Shown here: positions 1 through 13,285 of the stretch, piece by piece | How positions within the stretch are numbered: the first letter of the stretch is position 1 | How the letters are laid out: every line of letters begins with the position of its first letter | DNA from: Gnetum montanum | Taxonomy: Eukaryota; Plantae; Gnetophyta | Direction: 5' to 3' | DNA length: 64,000 bases | Assembly: GCA_015680685.1 (NCBI GenBank) | Contig: MNCI01001105.1 | Coordinates: forward strand, 189,486-253,485 | Position numbers and translations under genes: made by a program | The notes under the pieces: model-generated | Told to the model about the DNA's origin: nothing | What the model saw: only the letters and a program-made list of their open reading frames with translations | Databases searched by the model: none

Positions 1-2641
1 CCATGAAGTTTTTGCACATGACATTGCTAAATCAGTGGTAGTGTTGTACAACTTCATAGGTATACTAGATACATCAGAGGGAAGTCTAGGCAAGGAGTCT
101 AGCTCCATGTCTCTAGTAGAGTTCCACTCCATGGATGGTACTATATAAACATAAAATACAACCATAAAACACAATGTTAAATAGCCATAATGCAAACAAA
201 GCCTATGAACAAGACACATAAAATAAAAATCCTTACCTATCTCAGGTCCAACCTGATGCAATTGGTTAATGATATCCTTAGCCATCCCATGTAGGAACAC
301 CACCTTGTCTGGAATCTCTACTGATGGTTTCAAATGAAACTTAGGAATGGGAGCTTGCGTTGGTGGCTTAGGAACTACTATATGCATAATAACCATCAAA
401 AGGTTAGGATGACAGCCAAAGATAATCAATGAAATATAGCAAAAATGTTAAGGCATAAGCATATATTGTTCCTCCTCCTCTTCCTCTTCTAGGATGATGA
501 TGGGAGAGGTAGCTAGTACGACATCACCAAATAAGGCATCTAGATCATCTTCATTAACATCAATAAGTCCTTCAACCATAGGTTTCTTTAGGAGTGCCTC
601 TTCTACACACCTTTATTCTACCTCCACAGTAGCTCATGCTACTATAATCTAATGCTTATCTATAAGCATAGCACATAAAGTAGCCACAAAATTTTAGAAC
701 ATGAAATAGCCAAATTTAAGTAAAGCATACCTGAAACTACTTGTTGTGATATCTCAAGCTTAAACTTAAACTTCTTTGAGGTAGGCCAATTTAATGTTGA
801 GGGTTCCTTCTCCATAGGCCTCTCGAGTTTCTCTCTACATGCCCCTTTGGCCCCCATGCACCATCGTTTGGCATCCTAGACACTAGCAAGAAATGTGACA
901 TGCTCATCATCATTAGTACTATTGAAAGACTCATAATACCTAACATCAAGATTCTTAGTGGTGATGGATAATGTTTCATCCATCTCCTCTAGTGGATTCC
1001 AAGCCTACATTGTTGGATAAATGTGCTTTATCCAAGGCCTAGAAAATTGACTTGGATCTTGAGAAACCCATCGTCCATTCTTATACATCATAAAAAACTC
1101 TACAAACCTCTTTAGATAACCTACAAAAAAATGCAAAATGCATATGGATTATTGTAGAGGTGTCAACATGAAGTCTAAGGATCTCCTGTTGAAGCCCAGT
1201 AGCCAAAGCAATAGACCAATCAAATTTGATGCCCTCCATTAGGACCTTCTTAAAGGTCCATCCCTATGCGAGGTTGATTACCTTATTTTGTGATAAAAGT
1301 TTGGGGAATGCATGAGACCTAAATAAATGATATGATTCCTTTACATCAAGGTTCATGAAGCTATCCATTGATATTCTAGAGTGGCCCATGCTAGCACCAA
1401 GCTACTTTAGAACTTTCTCATGATGGCCTGATTCCCCCACTATCCTGATGGGAACCTTTGCCCCATCAATAGAGACATCAAAAAAGTCATGGAAGAGGCT
1501 AGCACCTATGTCCATGTTCACCTTAACACCTAAAATGATGGTGTTAAAGAGATCAACCTTCTCATCAAATGAGTCAATGACATGTAGCATCTTTGTAGCA
1601 AGAATGGAAGGATAGGTTCCATAAATACATTAAGCAATCCTACACACTAGATGTTTGCTTGAATGTATCTAGGTGCTTGTCCCTTTAGCCACTCATATGC
1701 TAATGTCACATCATCAAACTTTAGGATGAGGATACCCTCATGACATGAACATGAAAGTGGTATAGTGACATTAGCTAAGGTGGAAGGTCCTACAAAGCAA
1801 TAACCAAAGGTTAGCATCCATATGAGCAATTTCAAAAACATAGAAAAGAAATAAAACACTTAAGGCCATAAAACAATAAAAACTATATGTTCACCTTTAC
1901 TTTTCTTATATGGTGTGGAGGTTCTAGCTATAAGGGTCCAATCCATACCATCGACATCTACCCACTAGTTGTGCATAATCCCATAATCCTTGCACTTTTT
2001 GTATATAAGGTTATACCTAGTGGTGTATTCATCAAAGTCCCCTCTTAACTATTGATACACAGTAGCTCTAACTTGGGAACTCTTGATGAATTTATCCAAA
2101 GCAGTTTAAGCCACTTCCAAGATTTGACCATTAATGACCAAGCCTTGATCATTGACCTTGTACATAGAGGAAGTTAGATTATTGAAGTTAGGTAAGGTAA
2201 TTGAGCCAAAATCATAAACGCATTACAATAACCAATTTTACCCCTATAGATGGTACATGGTACTAGGTGGGTTTAGGAATAATGTGTGGGCTCTATGCAC
2301 CACCATTAGAGTATCGTTAGTATTATGCTGACTATACTCTAGCATTGTCTAGATCTTTGAAAGATATCATGAACTTATGGCATCTACTGGTCCCCTTGTA
2401 GTCTTAGGAAGTGGCTTGTTAATAATGTACCTAGTAATCAGGCTAGCCACCTAAGGCAATAGGGTATCCATAATGATGCTAACTACGAAGTGTACCCACA
2501 ACATCACACTAAAGTTCCTAAGGAGGTAGGCAAGGAAGTCTCTTGTTCAAGTCATGTGGTGGAGTATTGGTATTTTGATAACCAATGTAGCACAAAATAT
2601 CAACTAGCTCTACTATGATGAGGATAGGCCTTAAGAAGACC
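1..2641 (-). pseudogene. Element A antisense multi-exon accessory gene (decayed; weakly PMD-like central domain)
   Basis: Exons at about 2641-2242, 2156-1895, 1789-731, 659-460 and 390-237, mostly with recognisable GT/AG borders. Peptides VFLRPILIIVEL, KMLHVIDSFDEKVDLF, FPKLLSQ, WSIALATGLQQEI and HMHFAFF align with the 62192-64000 copy. Confidence 0.75.
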
Positions 2642-2668
2642 CTATATGAAATAAAACAAAAACATTAT

Positions 2669-3085
2669 AACCAATTAGAATTTCTTAATAGGTTAGTAAA
2701 ATGTCCTAGTTGGAGGTGAAATTAGCCTCTGTAAAAAGCTCTAATGTGTTTATCTATATTGGCTTAAGGAATTCCACAAAAATGCATTATTACAACCTTT
2801 CAAAGCAAACATAGTGCGACCTATTAGAGTTACTTAGCTAATTTAGACAAAACATCTAGTCAAAGGTGGAATTAGCCTTTGTAAAAAGCTCTAAGGTGTT
2901 TATCTAAATTAGTCTAAGTAATTTCACAAGAAAATATTATTGCAACCTTGTGTCATGACCAATTGGGATTTCTCAAAAAATTTAGAAATAACATCCTAAT
3001 TTAGAGATAAAATTAGCTTCTGTAAAAGGCTCTTAGATGTTTATCTAAATTAGCTTAAGAAATCCCATAAAAGAAATGTTACCAT
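2669..3085. repeat. Three-copy ~145-bp tandem repeat
   Basis: A core like AATTAGCYTYTGTAAAAAGCTCTAA..TGTTTATCTA recurs at about 2720, 2870 and 3011. Confidence 0.8.
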
Positions 3086-6000
3086 ATTTAATACCTTGTA
3101 TAGCGAAAACTATAGCTTGATCTAAATTATGCATAAATTTGGAAAACATAAGCATAAGTTTAGAAAAAAAACATCTAAATAATGTAAAGCATACATAAAT
3201 TTGGAAAAACATCTAAATTATGCACAAATTTAGAAAAAGCATGATAAACATAGAAAAAATCCATGTAGCCATAATAAAATCTTCTTTAAAATAGAAAAAG
3301 CTTTTACTCTTCTAGAAAAGGAAAAATTAAGCATTGATTTTACATGCTCATAAAAGAAAAAGATAAGGTATACATATAAACACACTTCTATTTTAGGTAA
3401 TGCACTGCAACCATAAGTTTTGCCTTAATTCACATAGCCATAGCAAAAAGTTCATAAAAACTTCATTTGAGCTCCAAATACAGTGCTTCCACCACCATTT
3501 TAAAGCTTAAATTGAGCCCTACATAGACATAGAAAAAATTTGATACCTTTTACTTTTATGTAGAAAACCTTTTTCAATTTGGACAATAATTCAAAAATGG
3601 CACAAACATGCTTACTACACATGCCTAATAAAAAATTCATAAAATTTTTTTTTAAGTCCAATTGGAGTGATTCCACTCCTTTGATCATTGAAAGAAAAAG
3701 TCTATGTACCAATAACTAGAAAATAGAAAAACCATTTGTCATTTCCTTATAAAAATTTCACAAATTTATATGAAATTATAAAAGTGGCACAAACAACTTA
3801 ACTGCACAACGTTAGGAAAATAGCCATAACTTCCTCATTTCAAAGTCCAGTTAAACAATATAATAACCATTGGAAAGCTTTAAAAAGGGTTAGAAATATG
3901 TAACTTTTAATTTTACAAATATTTATCCATTCTATCAAGAAAAAATATACAACATGGCTTTCTTTTTTATATCTAAACTTCAAAAATCTCAAAACCTAAA
4001 TTTCATATAGCCATTAAAATGGTTGAAATAGCCAAAACCATTAAAACCCATTAAAATTCACACCAAAATAATGGGTTAGGATGCTATAAAAACTTAATTT
4101 TAACAAATTATAAGGCCTATATTTGAAGAAAATAGCTACACCCCAAGATTTTGGGAAAAAAACATGAAATTACAAGGCTTATTTCTAGAATCAAATCTAC
4201 AAAAGCTAGAGAAATTAAACAACTATAGATCTACATGGGAGAAGCCAAAATAGGAGATGGGATTTCATCAATATTCCATTTTAATCCCTCTACTAAAGTA
4301 GATATGAAAAGACAACATCAACATCTAGAAAGCAAAAAACTAGAAAAATCATAAAAAACAAAGGTAAAAATTGGTAGACTTGCCTACCTTGAGGTTGGAA
4401 AAAATGAGGCCTAGGTAGAGATAGGACTAGGAACCTCTAAAAAATCCCTAGAATGCTCATTCATTCCATAAATTATAGGACTTTTTTTCTTTCCCCCTTA
4501 CTGCTTGGGTGCCATGATAGGCTCAATGTTGAGGATGATGGAAATTGTGAGAAGATAGGAGTTCTACATTGGCTACAGGAGATATGGGAGGCTTCCACAC
4601 TAAAGATTGGTTTTGGTTGCCACAAGAATCTATGCTAGAGCTCTCCTCCAATGTGCTATTTTTGTAGAATGATAATTATGATAAAAAAAATGCAAAACTT
4701 GACATATAAAACCCATCTAAAACCTAAACAAAATCCCAACTGCCAATTTAGTGCACCATAACTACAAGTGTGCTAAAGAAAAAGAGAGGAAATTCTAGTT
4801 CACATTGGTTTTGGTTTGAAAACAACTCTTTTCAAAATTTTAAATTTTTAGAGTGTAGGCCTCACCTTGTGCCGTCACTTCTGACCAAAATTTCCATCAA
4901 CATTGAGATTTTTACCAATTTTGACACTTAAGAAATTATGGCAACCTTAACCCCATGCATCCATGCTGGGATTAACATGTCCTATGTGAATACATACAAA
5001 TATCTTTCTATTTTTGGCAACCCAAACCTACCTTTCTCAACCCTGGGTTTCCAAAATTTGATAAGACATGAGCAAGGCTAAGCACTATGGATTTCCATGC
5101 TAAGGCAATAATCCCTAGCATGGAAGAAGGGGGAAAACACTTAATCTTTCCTTCCAACATTAATCTAGCACAAGTTTGACCCCAAATTTGGTCCCACATG
5201 ACCTAGACCCCTCCAAGCATCTCTAGTAGCCTTGGAACATCACCAAACCTATTTAAAACTACTCAAAACTGGTCAAAATCTAGCATTTGGTGTTTTTCAC
5301 ACTAAGGAAAGATTCTTCCATGTTGATCCTATTACCATCAATGTGGATAGATGAGATGAAGCAAAAAAAAACCTAAATTAATGACATAATTACCATTTCT
5401 TGATGCCCGGTGACCCCTAAACCCTACTAGAACACTATGGAGCTTCAGGAAACCCAAAAATGTGTCAAATATGGTGAATAAATGCCATCCCCATCTCATA
5501 TAAACTAGGGACACCATTCCTAGCATGGAAGAAAGGGGTGATATTTCATGATGCACTTAGAAGCCTCTAAACTATCGAATCTTAACACCCAACATTGACT
5601 ATCAACATTGGTAACTTCAGAAGTTGACATGCATGGTCGATTAGTTGTTGATTTTACCTAGATCTAACTTTCTTCACTAAGGAAGACCTCTTTCACACTA
5701 AGAATTTCACCCTTATCATGGAAAAAATGGGGGAAGCCTAAAAACCCCATCACAACCCCAAAAAGAACCATATCTTGACCTTAGGCATTTATTACCAATG
5801 CTAGCAATTATATGCGCACTCATGCATAGGAAAATAAAAAAATTAAAAACTGATCAAAAAATATTTTCCCCTAATTTTCCACATTATGGAAGGGAAAGGA
5901 GGAAGTCCAAAACACTTAGAAACACTTGAAATTACCAAGACTTGATACCAAACCCTACTCCTTAACTCCTGTAGTCCTAGAAGCTAACATGCATAGTCGA

Positions 6001-7884
6001 TTAAGGTCAAAACTGACTTAGATCTAAGTTGCGTGATTCATCCACATTAAGGGTCCCTTTCTCCATGCTGAGGGTAGTATCCCTAACATGAAAAATTAAG
6101 GGAAAACTTTTTTGAAACAACTAAAAACCTTAGAATGACATCAAATGACCTTCAGTGCACTGTAGAAACCTTGTAGAAGCTATTGGAGCCCTTAAACTTC
6201 ACAACATTAATTACAAATGGCCAAAAATCTATTTCCCCTTATTTTCAACACTACGTTCTCCATCCCTCATGTGAAAGAAATGGGGGAATCCATCAAACTA
6301 CTTACGGACAACCAAAACTACTAAATTTTGACATGGATTCATAGCCCTTGACCCTAGTAATAATGGGAGGTAACATGGATGATCAATTGTGATCCAAATT
6401 TTCCTAGATCTAAGATTCTTGCTTCTTCCATGTTGGAGTAACTTTCCTAGCATGGAAAGAAGGGGAAAAGTTTCTTTTCCACTTTTAAGACAAGATGGCA
6501 CTCTCTAAATTTAAAGATCTATGTCGAAGAAGCCTAGGACCCTACAGCCTCAAGATTTTTCTTATCTAACATTAGTTCAACCTCTCAAACTCATTCCCCA
6601 TATTCTTCCATGCTATAGTAACTTCCCCCAAGGTGGAAATAGGGGGGAAAGACCTTAAGCACCCTGAGACAACCTTCAAATGAGCCTGAAATTAGCTAGA
6701 AACTTGTAGAATTGAAGTCTATAGTCCTAGGGGCCAAAATCACTCTACATTCATATAATAAGTGTCCCCCTATTTTTCCATGCTAATGATACTATGTAAA
6801 ACCTAGAAAAAGGGCGGAAATCCATTTCAACAACTATTGACACTCAAAATGACCTTAAATTAACTTAGAACGAAGTTGAGAGATGCATCAATTCTAGATC
6901 TAGACTCTAGCTACCTATTTGACCATGTTTCACCTTATTTTTTCTTTGATTTTTGTCCTCCATGCAAAACCCCCTATTTTCCACGTTGGCCACCATGGAA
7001 ACAAGTGGCAAAGGCTTAAGAATTTTATTTATTACCTGTATAAACCTCCGGAGAGCCTAATATTGAGGGATATGTTCCTATGCTACCTTGGGAAGGTCCT
7101 AGAACCTCAATTTTGGACCTCTAAGCACCCAAAAAAAATATTTTTCTTAGTTTCTACACTAAGGGTCTCTATTTCTACAATGAGCCCAACGCAAAAGCCT
7201 CAAAACACTTAATTTTTAGGTCTAGATAGCCCTAAACTAGCACTGATTAATGCCTAAACTCACCTAATAGCCTTGTAGCCTTAAAACATTACCTACAAAG
7301 GCCTAAAACTAGACAAACCTAACAAATTTTTACCTATATTATATCCTATTTTGCTTAATTTTTGACTTATTACGTAATGTTTTGGCTTGTTTTTGGACTT
7401 ACGTTTCCTTATGAACCTTGTTGACCTTCTATGGCCTTTACATAGCCTGATATGTTCTTGGTTTGTATTATTACAATTCTATTTACCATTTTTTGACCTT
7501 TAAATGGTATCAAATAGTGGGGTTTGACCTTCCTTGACCATCATTTAACACCATATGACCATGACCAGCTAAGGCCTTAAACTAGCATCATAGTTTGCTA
7601 AGGTCTAAAACTAGCATCATGGCCTACTAAGGCCTTAAACTAGCAAAATTGTGACCTTTATTGACCAATTTTAGACTTACTTATTATATTTTACCTAGTT
7701 TGACCTTCATGTGATCTTTGTTCATCTCTATTTCACTTTTCCAAATTGACCTTATCTCACTAATGACCTTGCATGGCCTTGATTGCATTAGATTTGCATG
7801 TGTTTTATGGAATTTCAACATTATTTATTCACTTTTACCTAAATGACACTTAATATGCTTTTGGTTGATATATAGGATTAAGGT

Positions 7885-10800
7885 ATGAGTACTTGGGAGC
7901 AAATTAGTTTGCCTTTGTATCTACATGGATCTCATGATGATATTAAATAGTATATCAACCCTGATTACCAAGATCTTGAGCCTAAGGATCTTGTAGACCA
8001 CATAGCCTCAATGGAGAAACCTCTAGAATGGCCTAAAAACCTAGTCAGAATCCTTGAGTTAGAAGTAGGAGACATAATTGAAGACTCTCTAGTTGAGGTT
8101 CCTATGACAACACATAGTGTTGAGGAGAAAACCCTTAAACTAAGTTCCTCACTAGAGCCTCAATGTGCTCAAGATATCACCAAAGTCTTATAGAACAACA
8201 TTAACACATTTTCCTATCATATGAAGATATGATAGGCCTAGACCCATGTCTAGTCCAACACAACATGATATTGGACCCTAGAATTATACCAATTAAGCAA
8301 AAAGTGTGCAAGATTACACCTAATTTCACCTTGGTAGTTTGTGATGAAATCTCAAAGTTCTACCAAGGAGGTTTCATTAGGGCTATCGATTATGCAAAAT
8401 GGATGTCCAAGATAGTGGTAGTCCCTAAGAAAAATGGGTGTATTTGTAGTTTCATTGATTTTCAAGATGTAAATAAATCAAGCATCAAGGATGACTTCCC
8501 CTTTATTAGTATTGATCAACTTATCAATACTACTACTAAACATGCCCTATTGTCCTTTATGGATGGTTTCTTAGGATACAACCAAATTAAGATCAACACA
8601 GAGCACCAACTTAGCATAACCTTTATGACCCCATGGGGTACTTTTTGTTATACCATGTTACCATTTGGCCTGAAGAACATCAAAGTGACATAGCAGAGAG
8701 CCATGACCTATATCTTTAGTGATTACATGTTAGGTTATCTTAATGCTGTAGATGACATAGCTATGATGTCTAAGATAGATAATGAGCATGCTAATGACAT
8801 AGATCTTATGCATAAATGATGCCTCAAATATGAGCTTAGGCTCAATCCTAAGAAGTGTGTCTTCAGTATCAAGACTAGTAACATGCTTAGCTTTGTGGTC
8901 TCTAAAGCAGAGATACATGCAGATCTTGATAAGGTTAAAGCCATATCCAAATTGGTATCACCTACCAACGTTAAAGAGCTTTAGAGATTACAAGGTAGAT
9001 TACAGTTTATTCATAGGTTTATCTCTAGGCTTACAGATAAGCTATAGGCCATGCAACACTTGCTTAAGAAAAGAGTTCACTATGAGTGGATGGGTCAATG
9101 CTAATAGGCCTTTAAAAATATTAAGAAAGAGTTAACATAACTACTGACACTCTATCCTCTATAAGAGGATAAATTGTTTTACATTTATCTCACCATCTCT
9201 AATACATCCCTTACCTCTCTACTCTATCAAAAATGTGATGACAGAGAAGAAATGCCTATATACTACCTTAGCCATGCATTAGTTGCTTACAAGACCTAAT
9301 TCACTGAAGTGGATAAGTATTTTCTTGCACTAGCCTTCTCTTTGAAGAAATGGAAATACTACCCCTTCAAAAGCCAAGTCAATGTAACTTGCAAGGACAA
9401 TGTACTTAGAGCCATAATGACCAACATCTACAAAAGTAGCTGTATAGCCCAAGCAAAAGCCATAACCATAGAGTTTGACCTCCATTACATCTCTTAATAC
9501 TTAATAAAAGGTCAAGCTATCGTCATACAACTCACAATTTTACTTATTGATGACCAAGAAGCCATAGATCCTAAGTTTCCCAATGAACGTCTTAACACAA
9601 TTAGTTGAGTGCTCAAGAGTTATGAGGTAGTCATGAACTTCAATGAATCTTCAACTGCCCATGGAGCTAGTGTTTCTGCCATCGAAAGATTCCCATCTAG
9701 TGATATCAAATCCCTTGCCAATCGTTTTGGGTTTTCATGTACCAACAACATAGCATAATATGAGGGTTTAATTAGAGGGATGATGGTAGCTTGTGACCTA
9801 GGAATTAGATGCCTAGTCATCAAAGGTGATTCAAAACTCATGGTTAACCAAGTAACCAAAGTTTATGCTTGCAAATCTAAGCACTTACAATCTTACTATG
9901 TCCTAGGGAAGCAATTTTTATCATAATTTATAGACATTGATATTCAACACCTACCTCAAAATGAAAATTCCATAGCCAATGCAACTGCAATATTAGCCCT
10001 TAATGTGACATCATATGTGTTTAGCAAGTTGTCCATCTTAACTGTGGACAATGCTACTCCCATCACACAGAACATTGAGGATACCTTTATGGTTGTCATT
10101 CATACTACTACTTCCAAGGAGTGGTATGATGATATCAAATTTGGCCTTATGCATGGTGAATCCTCACAAGGACTGAGTACTACTTAGAAAGACATTATAT
10201 GCAAGTGATCAAAGTAGTATGTCATCGTAGGTGATAATACATTATATTGACAATACTATGATGGCATACTCCTAAAGTGCTTAGGTAAAACCAAAGTTAG
10301 AACAGCCCTGGAGGGGGTTCAAGAGGGTGTTTTTGGAGGACATATAGGACCTAGAGCCATTACTACTAAGATCAGGTGGTTAGGCTACTATTGGCCCCAT
10401 GTGGAAAATGACTACTTGCAAAACGTTAAGGGATGTGACACATGCCAATGATATAGCAACTTGATACACATATCACCAATAGAGTTACATACAACCAAAA
10501 TAACATGGTTGTTTCAATGATGGGGTTTGGATATCACTAAACACATAACACCTCAATGTTTCACAAGAAATAGCTTCATCATCACCATAACTAAATACTT
10601 TACCAGGTGGGTTGAGGCTATTTTCCTAAGGAAGACCATATCTGAACAAGTTTGCAAATTTATCCTAGATAGCATTGTAGCTTATTTTGGCATACACATG
10701 ATCATACTTACAGATAATGGACCTTAATTTAGTAGCCAAGAAACCAAGGATTTCTATCACAATCTAGGCATTAAGCATTCTTTCTCATCATCTTACTACC

Positions 10801-11362
10801 CTTAAGCCAATGAACAAGTGGAAGTAATTAACAAGACCATCATCAACTTGCTCAAGAAGATGCTTAATAATAACAAGAAAAACTGGCATGAGTGTCTTGT
10901 CCATACACTATGGGCATATTAAAAACCTATCACACTGCAACCAGCATGACCCTTTCTAGCCTTGTTTATGAATATGAACCTATTTTACCTCTTGAACTAT
11001 AGGTGCTATCACTCCAAGTAGCCTTGACTAACTTTGTCAATGACAAGAAAAGCAAGGAGTTGTGAATGGTAGCCCTAGATTTAGTAGAGGAGTGATGTAT
11101 GCAAGTGCTTGCTCACATCAAGAATTATCAAGATAGGTAGAAGTGATAGCATCACCATGACTTGACCATGTGCAAGATCAAGGAGGGGAACCTAGTCCTC
11201 AAGGTCATCCATGAACAAGTGGATAAATTTTCAACTAACTAGGAAGAGCCCTTCATTGTCACTAGAGCCTATGGAAATGGAGCATTTAGAATAGTTGAGA
11301 TTTAGGGTAATGAGTTGGCCAATCTAGTCAATGATTCCTATCTAAAGCCATACTACATGTAG
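7885..11362 (+). pseudogene. Element A pol: RT - RNase H - additional (archaeal-type) RNase H - integrase; disrupted
   Basis: Motifs IVVVPKKNG, KDDFPF, SFMDGFLGYNQI, TPWGTFCYTMLPFGLKN, LNPKKCVF; aRH CTNNIA*YEGLI and IKGDSKL; integrase GYYWPH, YFTRWVEAI, ILTDNGP; ends LKPYYM* at 11362. Confidence 0.93.
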
Positions 11363-11612
11363 CCAAAAATTTTCAACAAGTGAGCCCACTTTCAATGATT
11401 TTCTATGACCTTAAATTGACAACATGTTCTACCAGGGCCTTAAATTGGTACCATGGCTTACCATGGCCTATAACTAGCAACATTGATGATCTAGATAGCT
11501 TGATTCCCATGTGACATGTATGCATTATATCATTATAATATGTAGTGGTGTTTTGTATTCTTTGTAGATGCCTCTTGGGTCAATCCTCCAATCAACAACA
11601 AAGAGGAGTCAT

Positions 11613-13203
11613 TAAAACATCACAAAATCTTGCATGTTATGTCTAATATTCATCATGTAGCTTTCACCCGATGAAACCCAAGGCAAAATTTTATTGTAAA
11701 TGTGAAAATTGTAACCAACAATTGGCAATTTCACATACTTTATACTTTTGGGGATGAAAAATACCTCATAAGTGGTCAAAGCCTCATTCTCCAAGTGAAA
11801 AAAGTCACCCAGTGTCTATATTTGGACTTGTGGAGGTAGTGTCAAAAATGCATTTTGTAATGTGAAAAAGGATAATTTGATGGGTTTAATTAGAGGTATA
11901 CATTTTTCTACATTGAAAACACCTACAAGGGATAAATCTCACTTACCCCTAGCATGGAAGGATGGGGGGTTTGGAAACTTTCTCCAAGCCTAGAGACTTT
12001 TTCCTTCAACCTAGAAAGTTTTCTCCTAGCATGGAAATTTTCCCCCAACTTGGAAACGTTTTCCCCAATGTAGAAAATTCAATCCCCCAGCGTGGATGCC
12101 ACAAGAAGCAAAATTTATCAATTCATGCTCTTCAATGTTGTCTAGCCACTTCAACAAGTATGGTGGAGAGATCAATGTGGAAGATTCATCTCCAATGTGG
12201 AAGGTGTGCCTGGTTATTACTTATAGTAAATAGAATGGCCATGGGAGGAAGCACTTACTATGTATACTAACCCCCCAAATTTGAACATCCATGTCACCTA
12301 AATTTTATAGCCAATTTGTAGAAACATTATATCAAATTTGTAACAAAAGTACATCAAATTTGTAGTTGATTCAAAGCTAATTTGTACCTAAATCATAGCC
12401 AATTTTTAGCTCCATTCATGTCCCAAAGACCTTATAAAATCCATCCTCAAAGATCATTTAGAGGTTCCAACAATTTTTCAAGGCTCCAAGAATCTTTGGA
12501 CAGTTCGACAATATTTGGCACATAAGCACTTTGGTAGTTCAGCAATTTTGAGCAAAACAATTGTTCACAATTCCACACTTGAGGCATTTTCTAGAACTCA
12601 AGAGCTCTTGCAAGTTTCCATGCTTCCATTCTCTTGAATCCTACCAAAGAAGCATTGTGGCCTAGAGATTTGGTGGATCTTTTTTGTCAACATTACACTT
12701 CTCTGATTTTCAAACCCCAATGTGGAGCAATTTGGCATTCAAAGGTTCCACCTTTCTCACCCTCTGGTAGTGATTCAATTGATAGATCCAAGGTTGTAAT
12801 AGTGAATGAAGGTTTGATTGCATTAGGAGTGACTTAGCACTGAGATCATGGAGTAGATCACAATGGCTTCACTGGGCTTTGAACTCCTACACAAGTGAAA
12901 CTCCATTTCGCTCATCTACACATAATTTTTACACATTTCTCTAACTTATTCTTTATTCTTTTCTTAATTAAGTTTTAAGTTTTAAGTTTTGTATTCAAAA
13001 ATAAATTTATTATTTATGCATTATTCAGATCTATTTATATTCCCATGTTTCACACTTTCTATGTCCCTAGTTATTTGCTAGACTGGCCAAGGAACCTCGA
13101 ATTCCATTTCTCTCATGGAGGCCTTGGGGATTTGAGGTTAGGGAACTATTGCACTAAGAATACTTGGTTTTCATTCCAGTAATCAAGGTTTTCTGTTGCA
13201 ATA
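11613..13203 (+). repeat. 3' LTR of element A
   Basis: Follows the PPT AAAGAGGAG; begins TAAAACATCAC and ends GTTGCAATA (decayed CA); both ends align with LTRs 52309-53191 and 16454-18152; TATAAAA at 12433. Confidence 0.8.
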
Positions 13204-13285
13204 GTGGAATTCAGTGTCTTGTATATAGTCAATTAGTCATGTATAGTCAAATCTACCTTCAATTCTTTCAAGATCTCTATCCTCA

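Larger units (their letters stand above)
1..13203 (+). mobile_element. Element A: decayed Ty3/gypsy Tat/Ogre-type LTR retrotransposon (5' part outside the window)
   Basis: Antisense accessory gene (1-2641), non-coding region, pol 7885-11362, PPT at about 11600-11608, 3' LTR 11613-13203. Confidence 0.85.

Noticed and set aside
8730-9135. Antisense and alternative-frame ORFs over pol (also 26892-27167 and 59360-59548)
   Set aside because: They are shadows of the RT frame.
11612-11794. Similar small ORFs at 11612-11794 and 52258-52500 as a conserved peptide gene
   Set aside because: Both are antisense readings of homologous LTR 5' ends with non-ATG starts; DNA homology explains the similarity.
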